DNA of 64,000 bases from the NCBI GenBank assembly GCA_002840305.1, contig PHAI01000002.1, forward strand, positions 74,707 through 138,706. Direction: 5' to 3'. The notes under the pieces were generated by a model that saw only the letters and a list, made by a program, of their open reading frames with translations, ran no database searches and was not told the DNA's origin. Positions 9,532-18,994 of the stretch are shown piece after piece; position 1 is the stretch's first letter; each line of letters starts with the position of its first letter. The position numbers were made by a program, and so were the translations under genes. The stretch is from Candidatus Falkowbacteria bacterium HGW-Falkowbacteria-1. Lineage in GTDB: Bacteria; Patescibacteriota; Patescibacteriia; Patescibacteriales; UBA12465.

Positions 9532-11106
9532 TTAATTAATTATTTGACCACCAAATGTTTTTAGTAAATTATCCACGGTTTCATTCGAATTAGAAGTGCT
9601 ATTTATCTTTAAATCTTCATTAACTAACGTTTCTATATCTAAATCATTGTTATAGACATCTTTCAATATTTTTTTTACTATATTTTTTATTTCTGGATTA
9701 TCCAATCGATCTTTGTGCAGTTTATATCTAAAAGATAAGCATATTTTATTCCCACTTACCGAATTTATCTGGCAAGACTGCATCACGAAAGACAAGGAGT
9801 GGTTATGTGGCTTGAGCTTCATTAAAAATTCAGGCCAAAGATCTACGATTTTTTCCAGACTCAGAACCTCATTTTTTAATTCTTCGTTTTTGCTTTTTAT
9901 TGATTCTTTAAAATCATCTACTTTTTTAATCTCACTAGGATTTTTTAAATTTTCTAGAATTTTCTGATCTTTTTTTAACAAAACCTCTTCTTTGATAAAG
10001 TTTTGTTTACTGTTTGATTGACAAAACTTTATTATAGTAAATTCAACTGGCATTTGTGGTATAAAAGAGCTACCTATCTCTTTTATATCAAGCATTAAGC
10101 TCTGACTAAGCTCCATTAATTCGTTTATAGTAAAAATGGAGCTCAATTCGCTTATTTTTATTTCCATTTTTTCATTTAAATCTAAGCCTAAATTACTAGT
10201 TAAGGAAATACTAACTTTGCTTAATATTATTTTTCTTAATAATTCGATCAAATCGTTTACAAATAATTTCAAGTTTACACCGCTTGTAAGTAGATCATTT
10301 ACTAATTTTATAGCCTCCATGGCGTCCTTCCTCGATAAATGCTTCAGTAAATTTATATTTTCTTCTATATTATTATAAGGAATAACTAAATTGGCCGTAT
10401 CTATATCTATTTTTTTATCAGAAATTGACATTATTTGACTGAGTAAGCTCTCAGCATCCCTTAGATGACCATCAGATTTTAAAGAAATAAGCTCTAAAAC
10501 TTCTCTGTCTACCTCTATTTTTTCACTTTTAACTATGGTTTCTAATTTTAAAACCATATCGTTAACGCTTATTTTTTTGAAATCAAACCTTTCGCAACGA
10601 GAAATTATTGTAAGAGGAACTTTGTAAGCCTCGGTTGTGCACAGAATAAACATGACATTAGTTGGTGGTTCCTCTAATGTTTTTAGTAGTGCATTAAAAG
10701 CCGATAGTGACAACATATGCACCTCGTCTATTATAAAAACCTTGTATTTATTATTGGTTGATATTACTCGGCTTAAAGATATAATATTCTCCCTAACATT
10801 ATCAACGCCAGTATTACTGGCAGCGTCAATTTCTATAACGTCAAGATTGCTAAAACTATTTATACTAATACAAGCTTCACATTTATTACAAGGCTCGAAT
10901 TCGTTTTCTTTTCTATTTTTACAATTTATTGTCTTCGCCAAAATCCTGGCCAAGGTAGTTTTACCCACAGCCCTTGGCCCACAGAACAAATAAGCATGAG
11001 AAGTTTTATTGTGCAAAACTTCATTTTGCAGAGTTATTCTTATATTATTTTGCCCAAAGATTTCAGAAAATTTTTGGGGGCGATATTTCTGATATAAAAC
11101 GGCCAT
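9532..11106 (-). CDS. dnaX: DNA polymerase III subunit gamma/tau
   Basis: LYQKYRP, GPRAVGKTT Walker A, zinc module, IIDEVHML, SRC. Confidence 0.97.
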   Translation of the reverse strand: MAVLYQKYRPQKFSEIFGQNNIRITLQNEVLHNKTSHAYLFCGPRAVGKTTLARILAKTINCKNRKENEFEPCNKCEACISINSFSNLDVIEIDAASNTGVDNVRENIISLSRVISTNNKYKVFIIDEVHMLSLSAFNALLKTLEEPPTNVMFILCTTEAYKVPLTIISRCERFDFKKISVNDMVLKLETIVKSEKIEVDREVLELISLKSDGHLRDAESLLSQIMSISDKKIDIDTANLVIPYNNIEENINLLKHLSRKDAMEAIKLVNDLLTSGVNLKLFVNDLIELLRKIILSKVSISLTSNLGLDLNEKMEIKISELSSIFTINELMELSQSLMLDIKEIGSSFIPQMPVEFTIIKFCQSNSKQNFIKEEVLLKKDQKILENLKNPSEIKKVDDFKESIKSKNEELKNEVLSLEKIVDLWPEFLMKLKPHNHSLSFVMQSCQINSVSGNKICLSFRYKLHKDRLDNPEIKNIVKKILKDVYNNDLDIETLVNEDLKINSTSNSNETVDNLLKTFGGQIIN

Positions 11107-11111
11107 AAATT

Positions 11112-12260
11112 TTATCTAGTTGCGCCGGAATAAGTTATAGCTTGCATAATATTCCAATCTTCGGTTGTCCCTGGTACTTCACCGAAAATATTTTTAAAAA
11201 TTTCTATTCCCTTCTTTTCGCTATTCAAGTTTCTGTTTTCGGCTCTTTGTCTTAATCCATAAGCCATAATTTTAACAGCTGACATGTCTTTTTCGTTATC
11301 CTCATTAACTTCCCTCTTGTAAATCTGCATAAACATCTCTCTAGCCCTTAATTCAGCTTCTTGATTATAATTTTCTGGCCATCGACCGCTAGCAATTTTT
11401 ATAACATCAGTCAACTCTTGTTCGTTTTCTGGTAGTTTGCCAAAAGCCTCTTTAAAGGAATAGATAACGGCAGCCCTTTCACCTTCTCCCAATTTTTTAG
11501 TATTATCATCAACTCCGTAACTAACGAAGCTGTTTATTGAATTTCTAGCTTCTTCGCTAATTATTTTCATTTCACCCATTAAAGTTTTTAAATATGTTAA
11601 CTCTGCTTGCTGCTCTTTTATTATATTTCTTAATTCTTTAAGTTCGTTTAAAATTTCTTGTAAATCGTTATTTACCAACAAGTCAGCCTTCTCTTTTATC
11701 CCCTCTATCATATCATCTTTTACCGATGTTGACTTACATTCACCTTCATAAGCAACTTCCTGCTTATATTGTTTCTCGGCAGCGCATTTATTAGAATAAG
11801 TTTTCCCATTCTTAGCACAAACTGGAGCATATTCTAGAGTACAAGCGACAGGCTTCGTCTCTTCTGTGTTTTTTCCGAGAGTCACTTTTATTTGGTTGCT
11901 ATAGGTATAACATTTACCATTTAAATATTCACAAACTCTAACGTAATAAATACCATCGCCATCAAAAGCCTCTAATGTGTCAGAATTTTTGTTCGCGTCA
12001 GTAAAATAATGATATTTGTCTTTTGCCCTTAGTGGATAAGTTGGGCTTTCATTTTTTGACCAAACTACTTTAAAACCATCTTTGGAATAACCGTCAGTAG
12101 ACCACACTATTCTTGTCCCATCAGCTTTTAAAGCAATAGATGAAACCTTGCTGGTTTCGCTTTCTTGGTCAGTACCATAGATAGCGTTGGCCGATTTCAG
12201 ATTAAAAACAACAAAAACAATAAAGAATGCTAGCATTACTAAAAAGATTTTTTTGTTCAT
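11112..12260 (-). CDS. Secreted protein containing a Kazal-type protease inhibitor domain
   Basis: Signal peptide; ACTLEYAPVCAKNGKTYSNKC...YEGEC Kazal motif; coiled coil; helical C-terminal domain. Confidence 0.75.
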   Translation of the reverse strand: MNKKIFLVMLAFFIVFVVFNLKSANAIYGTDQESETSKVSSIALKADGTRIVWSTDGYSKDGFKVVWSKNESPTYPLRAKDKYHYFTDANKNSDTLEAFDGDGIYYVRVCEYLNGKCYTYSNQIKVTLGKNTEETKPVACTLEYAPVCAKNGKTYSNKCAAEKQYKQEVAYEGECKSTSVKDDMIEGIKEKADLLVNNDLQEILNELKELRNIIKEQQAELTYLKTLMGEMKIISEEARNSINSFVSYGVDDNTKKLGEGERAAVIYSFKEAFGKLPENEQELTDVIKIASGRWPENYNQEAELRAREMFMQIYKREVNEDNEKDMSAVKIMAYGLRQRAENRNLNSEKKGIEIFKNIFGEVPGTTEDWNIMQAITYSGATR

Positions 12261-12489
12261 AAAATTGGTTTTTTTACTTTTATTTTTTTTAAAACATAAA
12301 AGTAAAAAATTAAATTAAGTTAATTATTTAAGTTAATTAATATAGATTGATTATAACAATTTTGATTAAATAAATCAATTTTATCAAATATTTAAAAAAT
12401 TAGTATTTATTTTAAACTATGTTATAATATGATTTGTAATATAATGAAAAATTTAGTAAATTATTACTATACAATTAAGCTTATTTTAT

Positions 12490-13620
12490 ATGATAAAAAA
12501 TATTTTAAAAGGAATGCTTGTTATTACTGTTCTATTTTCCGGTTTATTCTTTTCGTTAAACAGGGCTAGGGCCGAAGATATAAAAGAGGATAAATCAATA
12601 GAAATATTGTTTTTTGGTAGTCCAACTTGTCCTCATTGCTTAGCAGAAAAACAATTTTTAAAGGAATTAAAAGAAAAACACCCAGAAATTATTTTAAAAG
12701 AATATGAATTTTCTAAGAATATTGACTTAGCTAATAAATTATATGAAAGTCATAAGGTTCCAAAAAATCAACAAGGACTAGTCCCTGCTACTTTTATAGA
12801 TGATGTATTTTTTGTCGGCTTTAGCGAGTCCACTGGAAATGATATAGAAAACCATATCAAAGGTCTTGAAATTAAAAAATCGTCTGAGATAAAAATTCCT
12901 TTCTTTGGAAAAGTAGATATGTACAAACTGTCATTACCGGTTTTGTCCATCGTTTTGGGAATAGTTGACGGATTTAATGTTTGTTCTTTGGGAGCTTTGG
13001 TTATTATTCTAGGACTGGTGCTTGTTTTAAGGTCAAGAAAAAAAATATTGCTTTTAGGAGGAACATTCTTGCTAGTAACCGGATTGACCTATGGCCTTTT
13101 GATATTTATGTGGCACCAACTTTTTTCTTTCATTTCGCCCTATATAAAAAGCATGGAATTATTAATAGGAGTCCTATCTATGGTTGGGGGCATATATTTA
13201 TTGAGAGAATTTATAAAGTCACTCAAACAAGGTGCTAGTTGTGACTCTGGTGGTATAGTTTCCAAGCTTAGCCCAAAAGTTGAAAAAATATTTTCTAATA
13301 AAAAAAGTTTGGCGGTATTAATTGGTGTTGTTTTTTTATTTTCTGCTATCATAACCATAGTCGAATTTCCATGTTCGGCCTTGTTACCAGTTTTGTTTGC
13401 AAGTATTTTATTTGAATCTAACCTATCTCTATCTAGCACCTTGTTTTATATGGCAATATTTTTACTTTTTTACATGCTGGATGAATTGATCGTTTTTTTA
13501 ATTGCCTTCTTTACTATGAAAATAAAAATAATTTCACCCAAATTTATAAATACCTTTAATTTGATAGCTGCCTTAATATTTTTATTTTTGGGATCATATT
13601 ATTTATATAGATTGTTTTAA
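12490..13620 (+). CDS. Thioredoxin/glutaredoxin-fold domain fused to a DsbD/CcdA-like membrane domain
   Basis: Signal peptide, CPHC, VP cis-Pro, then ~6 TM helices with DGFNVC and EFPC cysteine motifs. Confidence 0.85.
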   Translation: MIKNILKGMLVITVLFSGLFFSLNRARAEDIKEDKSIEILFFGSPTCPHCLAEKQFLKELKEKHPEIILKEYEFSKNIDLANKLYESHKVPKNQQGLVPATFIDDVFFVGFSESTGNDIENHIKGLEIKKSSEIKIPFFGKVDMYKLSLPVLSIVLGIVDGFNVCSLGALVIILGLVLVLRSRKKILLLGGTFLLVTGLTYGLLIFMWHQLFSFISPYIKSMELLIGVLSMVGGIYLLREFIKSLKQGASCDSGGIVSKLSPKVEKIFSNKKSLAVLIGVVFLFSAIITIVEFPCSALLPVLFASILFESNLSLSSTLFYMAIFLLFYMLDELIVFLIAFFTMKIKIISPKFINTFNLIAALIFLFLGSYYLYRLF

Positions 13621-13635
13621 ACTGTTTTAAATTGT

Positions 13636-13684
13636 ATACAAAAAAAAGAACGCTGATTTTTCGTCAGCGTTCTTTTTTTTGTAT
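13636..13684. terminator. Bidirectional intrinsic terminator
   Basis: Perfect 21-bp inverted repeat ATAC(A)8GAACGCTGA / TCAGCGTTC(T)8GTAT between convergent genes. Confidence 0.9.
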
Positions 13685-13694
13685 TTGAGTTTTT

Positions 13695-14438
13695 TTATTT
13701 TTTCTTTTTAGCCTTTTTCAAAACCTTTGTTTTTGGAGTGACTAATTTTTTAAGTTTTTTAACTTCTTTTTTTTCTTTACCCATAGCAACCTTAACTTCT
13801 GTTAGTTTAATTTCTTTTTTAATTTCATTTTTGTTTTCTTTCCTGGGGTCCTCCTTCTTTGTTTCTTCTTTTTTTGAAGTTAATTTTATTGTATGATTTG
13901 GAGCTAAAATGCTTAAAATTTTATCCAATTTTGCATTTAATGCTTCAAACTGTTTGCCAGAAGAATCATTGTTTCCTCCTCCTCTTTTATTAGACCCATC
14001 TCCTTTGCCAAAACATTCATTACAATAAACTGGCTTGTCGGGTGATGGTTCAAAAGGAACTTCACAATCCTTGCCGCATTTATCACAAACAACTTTGAAT
14101 AATTTTCTATCACCGCCACCAAACATTGGCTTGGAAAATTCTCTGTCATTAGATCTTCTTGGAGCTGAGTTTTCTTTACCAGAAAAACAATTACTGCAAT
14201 AAACTGGTTTGTCGCCAGTAGGTTTAAATGGTACTTCACAGCTCTGTCCGCATTCAGCACAAACAGCTCTATGCATTTCTGGTCTGCCACCAGAACTTCT
14301 ACCACCTCCACCAAAACTTCTACCACCTCCACCAAAACTTCTACCACCTCCACCAAAACTTCTACCACCAGAATCTCTCCTACTGAAACCCCCACCCCTT
14401 CTGTCGCCAGAACCACCATCTCGATTAAAATTTTTCAT
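13695..14438 (-). CDS. Protein with two CxxC-x17-CxxC zinc ribbons, Gly/Arg-rich N-terminus and Lys-rich tail
   Basis: CAEC...VPFKP...VYCSNC and CDKC...VPFEP...VYCNEC. Confidence 0.85.
   Translation of the reverse strand: MKNFNRDGGSGDRRGGGFSRRDSGGRSFGGGGRSFGGGGRSFGGGGRSSGGRPEMHRAVCAECGQSCEVPFKPTGDKPVYCSNCFSGKENSAPRRSNDREFSKPMFGGGDRKLFKVVCDKCGKDCEVPFEPSPDKPVYCNECFGKGDGSNKRGGGNNDSSGKQFEALNAKLDKILSILAPNHTIKLTSKKEETKKEDPRKENKNEIKKEIKLTEVKVAMGKEKKEVKKLKKLVTPKTKVLKKAKKKK
14294..14369. repeat. 21-bp in-frame tandem repeat (~3.6 units) encoding RSFGGGG
   Basis: ACCACCTCCACCAAAACTTCT is exact at 14301, 14322 and 14343, with partial flanks. Confidence 0.95.
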
Positions 14439-14507
14439 AAAATTTATAATACTAATTTTTTATTTATTTTAATTAATTAACTATTTGTTTTTCATTACTG
14501 TTCCCCT

Positions 14508-14550
14508 AAAGCAATATCCCGCCAAATTTACTGAGGCGGGATATTGTTTT
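14508..14550. terminator. Intrinsic terminator downstream of the cold-shock gene
   Basis: GCAATATCCCGCC / GGCGGGATATTGT stem with A/T tails. Confidence 0.8.
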
Positions 14551-14557
14551 TGAGTTT

Positions 14558-14755
14558 TTAAACGCGTTGAACATTCACTGCGTTCATTCCTTTTGGAGAC
14601 ATCTCAGTTTCGAAAGAAACTGTGTCGCCTTGGCGCAATTCATTGAATTGAACATCAACCAAAGAATTGCTATGGAAGAAAAGATCTTTCTCTTGACCCT
14701 CCACGATAATAAAACCAAAACCTTTTTCGTTTAAAGCTTTAATAGTACCAGTCAT
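14558..14755 (-). CDS. Cold-shock domain protein
   Basis: KGFGFI (RNP1), DLFFHS (RNP2), KG-x-x-AVNV. Confidence 0.95.
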   Translation of the reverse strand: MTGTIKALNEKGFGFIIVEGQEKDLFFHSNSLVDVQFNELRQGDTVSFETEMSPKGMNAVNVQRV

Positions 14756-14845
14756 AATTTTAAGACTTAATTTGTAAAGTTTGCAATTTAATAAAGAGTT
14801 TAAAAATCGACTACTTTTTTTGAGACACGATATTCTTGCTTAAAG

Positions 14846-14874
14846 ACTATAACATATAAAAATAAATGAGTCAA
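14846..14874 (-). promoter_or_regulatory. sigma70-type promoter of the cold-shock gene
   Basis: TTGACT-17 bp-TATAGT with extended TG, giving a long 5' UTR typical of csp genes. Confidence 0.6.
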
Positions 14875-14928
14875 ATCTTTTAAAAGACCTAATTTCAAAA
14901 GGCCAAACAAGCCATGAAATAAATAATT

Positions 14929-15501
14929 TTATTGCATAAGCTCTTCCAACAGACTTGGAATACCAATATTGCTCTTAGTCGAACATAGGATTATTTTACA
15001 TTCACCAATTGAATCTTTTATTTTTTTAATCTGTTTATCTTTCTCTGAGCTTTTTACTTTGTCTATTTTATTAACAACAATTACGATATTTTTATTATGT
15101 TCTCTGAACGCTTGAAGAATTTCAAGATCATCTTTTGTGGGTCCCACCTTAGCATCAATAATTAAAAAAATCTTTTTTTGCTCATATCCGGATAGAAATA
15201 AATACCAATTAATTAATTTTTCTATTTCTATTCTCATGTCTTTCGGAAGCTTGGCATAGCCATATCCAGGTAAATCAATTAAATAGAAAGAATCATTTAT
15301 TAAAAATAAATTTATCTCTCTGGTTCTACCGGGCAAGGAACTAATCTTGGCCAATTTATTTTGGCCAGTTAAAGAGTTGATAATACTGGATTTACCAACG
15401 TTAGATCGCCCAATAAAGGCAATCTGCGGTCTCATATCGTTGAATATACTATCTGGACCAACGGCGCCCTTTACAAACTGAGCTGATTTTATTTTTGTCA
15501 T
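14929..15501 (-). CDS. engB: Ribosome biogenesis GTPase YihA/YsxC
   Basis: GRSNVGKSS, PGRT, DLPGYG, NKID. Confidence 0.95.
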   Translation of the reverse strand: MTKIKSAQFVKGAVGPDSIFNDMRPQIAFIGRSNVGKSSIINSLTGQNKLAKISSLPGRTREINLFLINDSFYLIDLPGYGYAKLPKDMRIEIEKLINWYLFLSGYEQKKIFLIIDAKVGPTKDDLEILQAFREHNKNIVIVVNKIDKVKSSEKDKQIKKIKDSIGECKIILCSTKSNIGIPSLLEELMQ

Positions 15502-15546
15502 AATTAATTATTACATCAAGAACTTATTCTTTTATTTATTTAAACT

Positions 15547-15666
15547 TTAGTTATCTCTATTTTCAAAATTTTCTTTTTTCTTTTCCTTTATTCTTTGAAA
15601 AATTAAATAAATAATAATAACAACGGAAACGATTAAAATTACCCAAGCTATTAAGTCTTCCAACAT
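15547..15666 (-). CDS. Small single-TM protein (39 aa)
   Basis: Manual translation MLEDLIAWVILIVSVVIIIYLIFQRIKEKKKENFENRDN*; TM helix followed by a basic tail; 12 bp downstream of the YbjQ gene. Confidence 0.65.
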   Translation of the reverse strand: MLEDLIAWVILIVSVVIIIYLIFQRIKEKKKENFENRDN

Positions 15667-15678
15667 ATGTTTGTGTTA

Positions 15679-15993
15679 TTAATCAAGTTTTACTGCTGTG
15701 CCATAGATTAATATCTCGCAAGCGCCTTGCATAATCATTGATGTCTGCATTCTCATATTTATCACAGCGTCAGCACCCATTCTGCGAGCATCGTCTTGCA
15801 TGCGTTGCATTGCTTGTTCGCGTGCATCTGCCTGTAGCTTTGTATACTCACTGATTTCACCCCCAATAAGGTTCTTAAAACCAGCTAAAATATCGCGACC
15901 AACATTACGGGCTCTTACCGTACTGCCACGTGAAATGCCTAAAATTTCGCTTATTTGTTTTTTTGGGATCTGATCCCCTGTTGTAATAACCAT
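15679..15993 (-). CDS. YbjQ/UPF0145 family protein
   Basis: RDILAGFKNLIGGEISEY, AREQAM, GADAVI, YGTAVK. Confidence 0.93.
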   Translation of the reverse strand: MVITTGDQIPKKQISEILGISRGSTVRARNVGRDILAGFKNLIGGEISEYTKLQADAREQAMQRMQDDARRMGADAVINMRMQTSMIMQGACEILIYGTAVKLD

Positions 15994-16080
15994 AAATTTT
16001 ATTAAAATTAATTATCCATGACTTTATTTTATCACAAAACAGATAAAATTAAAATGGTAAGTCAAAAAAAATCTTAAAAA

Positions 16081-16109
16081 TTGCAAAAAGGTTAAAAAAT
16101 AAGTATAAT
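16081..16109 (+). promoter_or_regulatory. sigma70-type promoter
   Basis: TTGCAA-17 bp-TATAAT upstream of the ECF S-like gene. Confidence 0.6.
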
Positions 16110-16154
16110 AATATTATCAATTTAGATAAAAATTATGATTAATTATCAACAAAT

Positions 16155-16673
16155 ATGCAAAATATCAAAACATTAGTTATTGACAACAAAAAGACTGTTG
16201 CCTTGTTTCAATTTGCCCTTTTATTGGGTCTAGTTTCAATTGCACCATTATTTGGCAAACAGTTAATCACCGGAACTATTGTAAACGCAATACTTTTTAC
16301 CGCTACCATTCTTTTGGGTCTTAGGGCTGGAATTCTTATTGGAATCATCCCTAGTCTAATAGCGCTGGCGACTGGTACGCTACCCTTGGTTTTTGCCCCA
16401 GCAGTACCCTTTATTATTTTTGGTAATATTTTGTTGGTTACGTCTTTTTATCTTTTGAAAAATAAAAATTACTGGCTCGGATCAGTTTCGGCTAGTTTCA
16501 TAAAATTTGTTTTTCTTTACGGAACAAGTTCTCTGTTATTTAATTTAATACTAAAGGAGCAAATTGCTTATAAACTGTCAGCTACTATGGGATGGGTTCA
16601 ACTTGTAACGGCTCTTAGCGGTGGTATTTTGTCGTTTTTTGTTTTTAAATTATTAAATAATAATAAAGACTAA
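16155..16673 (+). CDS. ECF-transporter S-component-like membrane protein
   Basis: 5-6 TM helices; QLITGTIVNA, PFIIFGN and QLVTALSGG pattern. Confidence 0.65.
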   Translation: MQNIKTLVIDNKKTVALFQFALLLGLVSIAPLFGKQLITGTIVNAILFTATILLGLRAGILIGIIPSLIALATGTLPLVFAPAVPFIIFGNILLVTSFYLLKNKNYWLGSVSASFIKFVFLYGTSSLLFNLILKEQIAYKLSATMGWVQLVTALSGGILSFFVFKLLNNNKD

Positions 16674-16678
16674 TTATT

Positions 16679-17083
16679 TTATAATGGCCAAAAATATGGC
16701 AAATCATCTCCTTCTTTCCATCCAAACCTTGAATAATAATCATAGTCTTTTCTTAACAAATTAGATCGATGGGCAGAATGAAAACTCTTGTTTCCAACCC
16801 ACCAAGGATAAACGACCCTTCCCCTAACTTTTTCTCGGGACATATTATTTCTATATCCCCTTCTTTCCCATTCGTCTATACAAGTATTAAAATATATCTT
16901 TAAAGCATTGGGATAACGACTCCACATCAAAACGGCCGGATGATTTCTCCATCCCATAGATTGAGTTCTGTTTAATATTATATTAAGTATTTGGCGAGCT
17001 TCAACCCTCTGCTTCCCCAATCTTCTATAATCCAAAGATTGAACAGATTTTTTAAAGCTTTTATAGGGCAAAAATGTTTGCAT
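16679..17083 (-). CDS. MSMEG_6728 family / pyrimidine-dimer glycosylase (T4 endonuclease V-like) protein
   Basis: MQTFLPY, LDYRRLGKQRVE, HPAVLMW, HRSNLLRKD, Y-x-WP. Confidence 0.9.
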   Translation of the reverse strand: MQTFLPYKSFKKSVQSLDYRRLGKQRVEARQILNIILNRTQSMGWRNHPAVLMWSRYPNALKIYFNTCIDEWERRGYRNNMSREKVRGRVVYPWWVGNKSFHSAHRSNLLRKDYDYYSRFGWKEGDDLPYFWPL

Positions 17084-17138
17084 AATTTTTTATTACTAAA
17101 ACATTATTTGAATTATGCAATGGCCAGCTATTTCTTCT

Positions 17139-17906
17139 CTATTTTTTAGGTAGTGTTGGAAAAAAAGAGCTGGTTCTTCTTTTATAATCAGCAAATTCTT
17201 GATGTTGAGACATCTTTTTTTCTAACATTGGAATGCCAGAAACTTTGAGAATTAAAATTGTTATGGTAAGTGGTCCAATAATGCCAAACAGATAATTTGG
17301 CACGTTAATTACAATTAGCCATAAACCCCACCACTGAGCAACTTCACCAAAATAATTAGGATGTCTAGTATATTGCCATAAACCACTCTGCATAAGTTTA
17401 CCTTTATTAATAGGGTTTCTGATAAAACTAGATAACTGAGCATCGCCAACTGACTCAAAGAAAAAACCAATCATCCAAATCAATACACCCAGTATATTAA
17501 TAAAATTAAGTGCTGGTCCAATGCTTTTGTTTGTAAATAATATGGGCAATATGATTAAGTATAAAAGAACCCCCTGAAGTATATAGACTTGCAAATAAGA
17601 ACGAAGATAAAACCAAGTCCCCCATTCTTTCCTCCAAGCTAGATAGCGATAATCCTCGGGCTTTTCTTTGTTTCGATTATTAATATGCCAAGCTAGACGA
17701 AACCCCCAAATGCTCACTAAAAAATTAACCAATAAACTTCGCAAACTAAAATTTCCGGAAATTAAAAATGATGCCCAGGCAATAATAACAAAACCCAAGC
17801 CCCAGGCAATATCGACTACGTCATTTCTTTTTTTAAATAAAGAAATAACAAACCAAATACTCATGTAAGCCAGCAAAATAAACGCTAAGGCTATATAGTA
17901 ATTCAT
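17139..17906 (-). CDS. DUF1295 / steroid 5-alpha-reductase-like membrane protein
   Basis: VDIAWG, EDYRY, GLWQYTRHPNYFGE, GIPMLE. Confidence 0.92.
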   Translation of the reverse strand: MNYYIALAFILLAYMSIWFVISLFKKRNDVVDIAWGLGFVIIAWASFLISGNFSLRSLLVNFLVSIWGFRLAWHINNRNKEKPEDYRYLAWRKEWGTWFYLRSYLQVYILQGVLLYLIILPILFTNKSIGPALNFINILGVLIWMIGFFFESVGDAQLSSFIRNPINKGKLMQSGLWQYTRHPNYFGEVAQWWGLWLIVINVPNYLFGIIGPLTITILILKVSGIPMLEKKMSQHQEFADYKRRTSSFFPTLPKK

Positions 17907-18301
17907 AGACCTATTTTAATAGCTATAAAATAAGTAATTAATGAAACAGAAGAGGCAAGAATTGTTCCCCAGATTAAATCAACGAAGGTCACCAAGAGAG
18001 GCCAATTTTTAATAGTGGCAAGATTAGTTAAATCATAAGTAGCATAGGTTATTAAGCCAAACAAAGCCCCCAACAGTATTGCCTGTTTCCACGAATTTTT
18101 ATCAAGAGCTGGGGTAATAACAAATATAACCAAACCGACAATAAAAAGTAAATAAAAAATTATCGCAGCAAGCCAGTTAACATTTGTTTTCATTAAAAAA
18201 CCAATTTGTTTAGCATAAAAGCCTTTAGCTACTAAGCCAAGCCAAATTATATCAATACCCAAAAAAACTGGCAAAGCTATAAAATAAAGTTTTATAAACA
18301 T
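17903..18301 (-). CDS. DUF2177 family membrane protein
   Basis: D-x-x-WLG, YATYDLTNLAT, DLIWG. Confidence 0.9.
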   Translation of the reverse strand: MFIKLYFIALPVFLGIDIIWLGLVAKGFYAKQIGFLMKTNVNWLAAIIFYLLFIVGLVIFVITPALDKNSWKQAILLGALFGLITYATYDLTNLATIKNWPLLVTFVDLIWGTILASSVSLITYFIAIKIGL

Positions 18302-18302
18302 A

Positions 18303-18698
18303 TTATTTATTTAAATAAGTAATAGTTAATTGCAAAACCGTTGCAAAGGAAACCCAAATTAAATAAGGGACTTGAATATATGTAATCCAATGAGAATAAT
18401 GATAAATGGCCACCATGGCCCAAATAAGAGTAATTAAAACCAAAAGAATGTCGATACCGGCTAATAAATTATTTTTTAATCCAAACTGCAGTGATGTAAA
18501 AGATAAGTTGAAAATAATATTAAGAATAAATGGCAACGCTACAATAAAAGGTATTTGTTTTTGCCATGTCATCATAAAGACTTTTCCGAATGAAATGATA
18601 ATCAGAACGTAAAGGAATGTCCAGACAGGCCCAAACAGCCAAGACGGTGGCGACCAAGAAGGCTTAATTAATTGTGAGTACCAATTGTATGTATTCAT
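18303..18698 (-). CDS. TspO/MBR family protein
   Basis: WYSQLIKPSWSPPSWLFGPVWTFLY and PYLIWVSFAT. Confidence 0.93.
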   Translation of the reverse strand: MNTYNWYSQLIKPSWSPPSWLFGPVWTFLYVLIIISFGKVFMMTWQKQIPFIVALPFILNIIFNLSFTSLQFGLKNNLLAGIDILLVLITLIWAMVAIYHYSHWITYIQVPYLIWVSFATVLQLTITYLNK

Positions 18699-18874
18699 AT
18701 ATATTAATTATACATCAAAAACATTATTAAATAAATAGGAGTTAGAATTATAATTTCTTTTCTCTAATCTCAAAAAAAATCATTTTTATATCAAAATCTT
18801 ACAATTTATAAGTTAAAAAATCAATACAAAAGGCACCTCTTAATAAAGGCGCCTTTTGCTCAAAAATGTGCTCG

Positions 18875-18945
18875 CTCGGGGACTAGGATTCGAACCCAGA
18901 TAAACAGGACCAGAACCTGTTGTCCTACCATTAGACGATCCCCGA
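18875..18945 (-). tRNA. tRNA-Gln (anticodon CTG); CCA not encoded
   Basis: Reverse complement TCGGGGA..TAATGGTAGGAC..ACAGG-TTCTGGT-CCTGT..GGTTCGAATCC..TCCCCGA-G forms a full cloverleaf. Confidence 0.95.
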
Positions 18946-18994
18946 AAAAAATAAGATTCTCAAAATTATCAAGATTCTTATTAAATATTCAATT

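Noticed and set aside
12270..12310. 12-bp inverted repeat TTTTTTACTTTT/AAAAGTAAAAAA upstream of the Kazal gene
   Set aside because: Almost entirely A/T in a very AT-rich spacer; cannot be distinguished from chance.
13937..14480. Alternative-frame ORFs with VEVL, PPPPKL and STKTST repeats
   Set aside because: These are shadows of the 21-bp repeat inside the zinc-ribbon gene.
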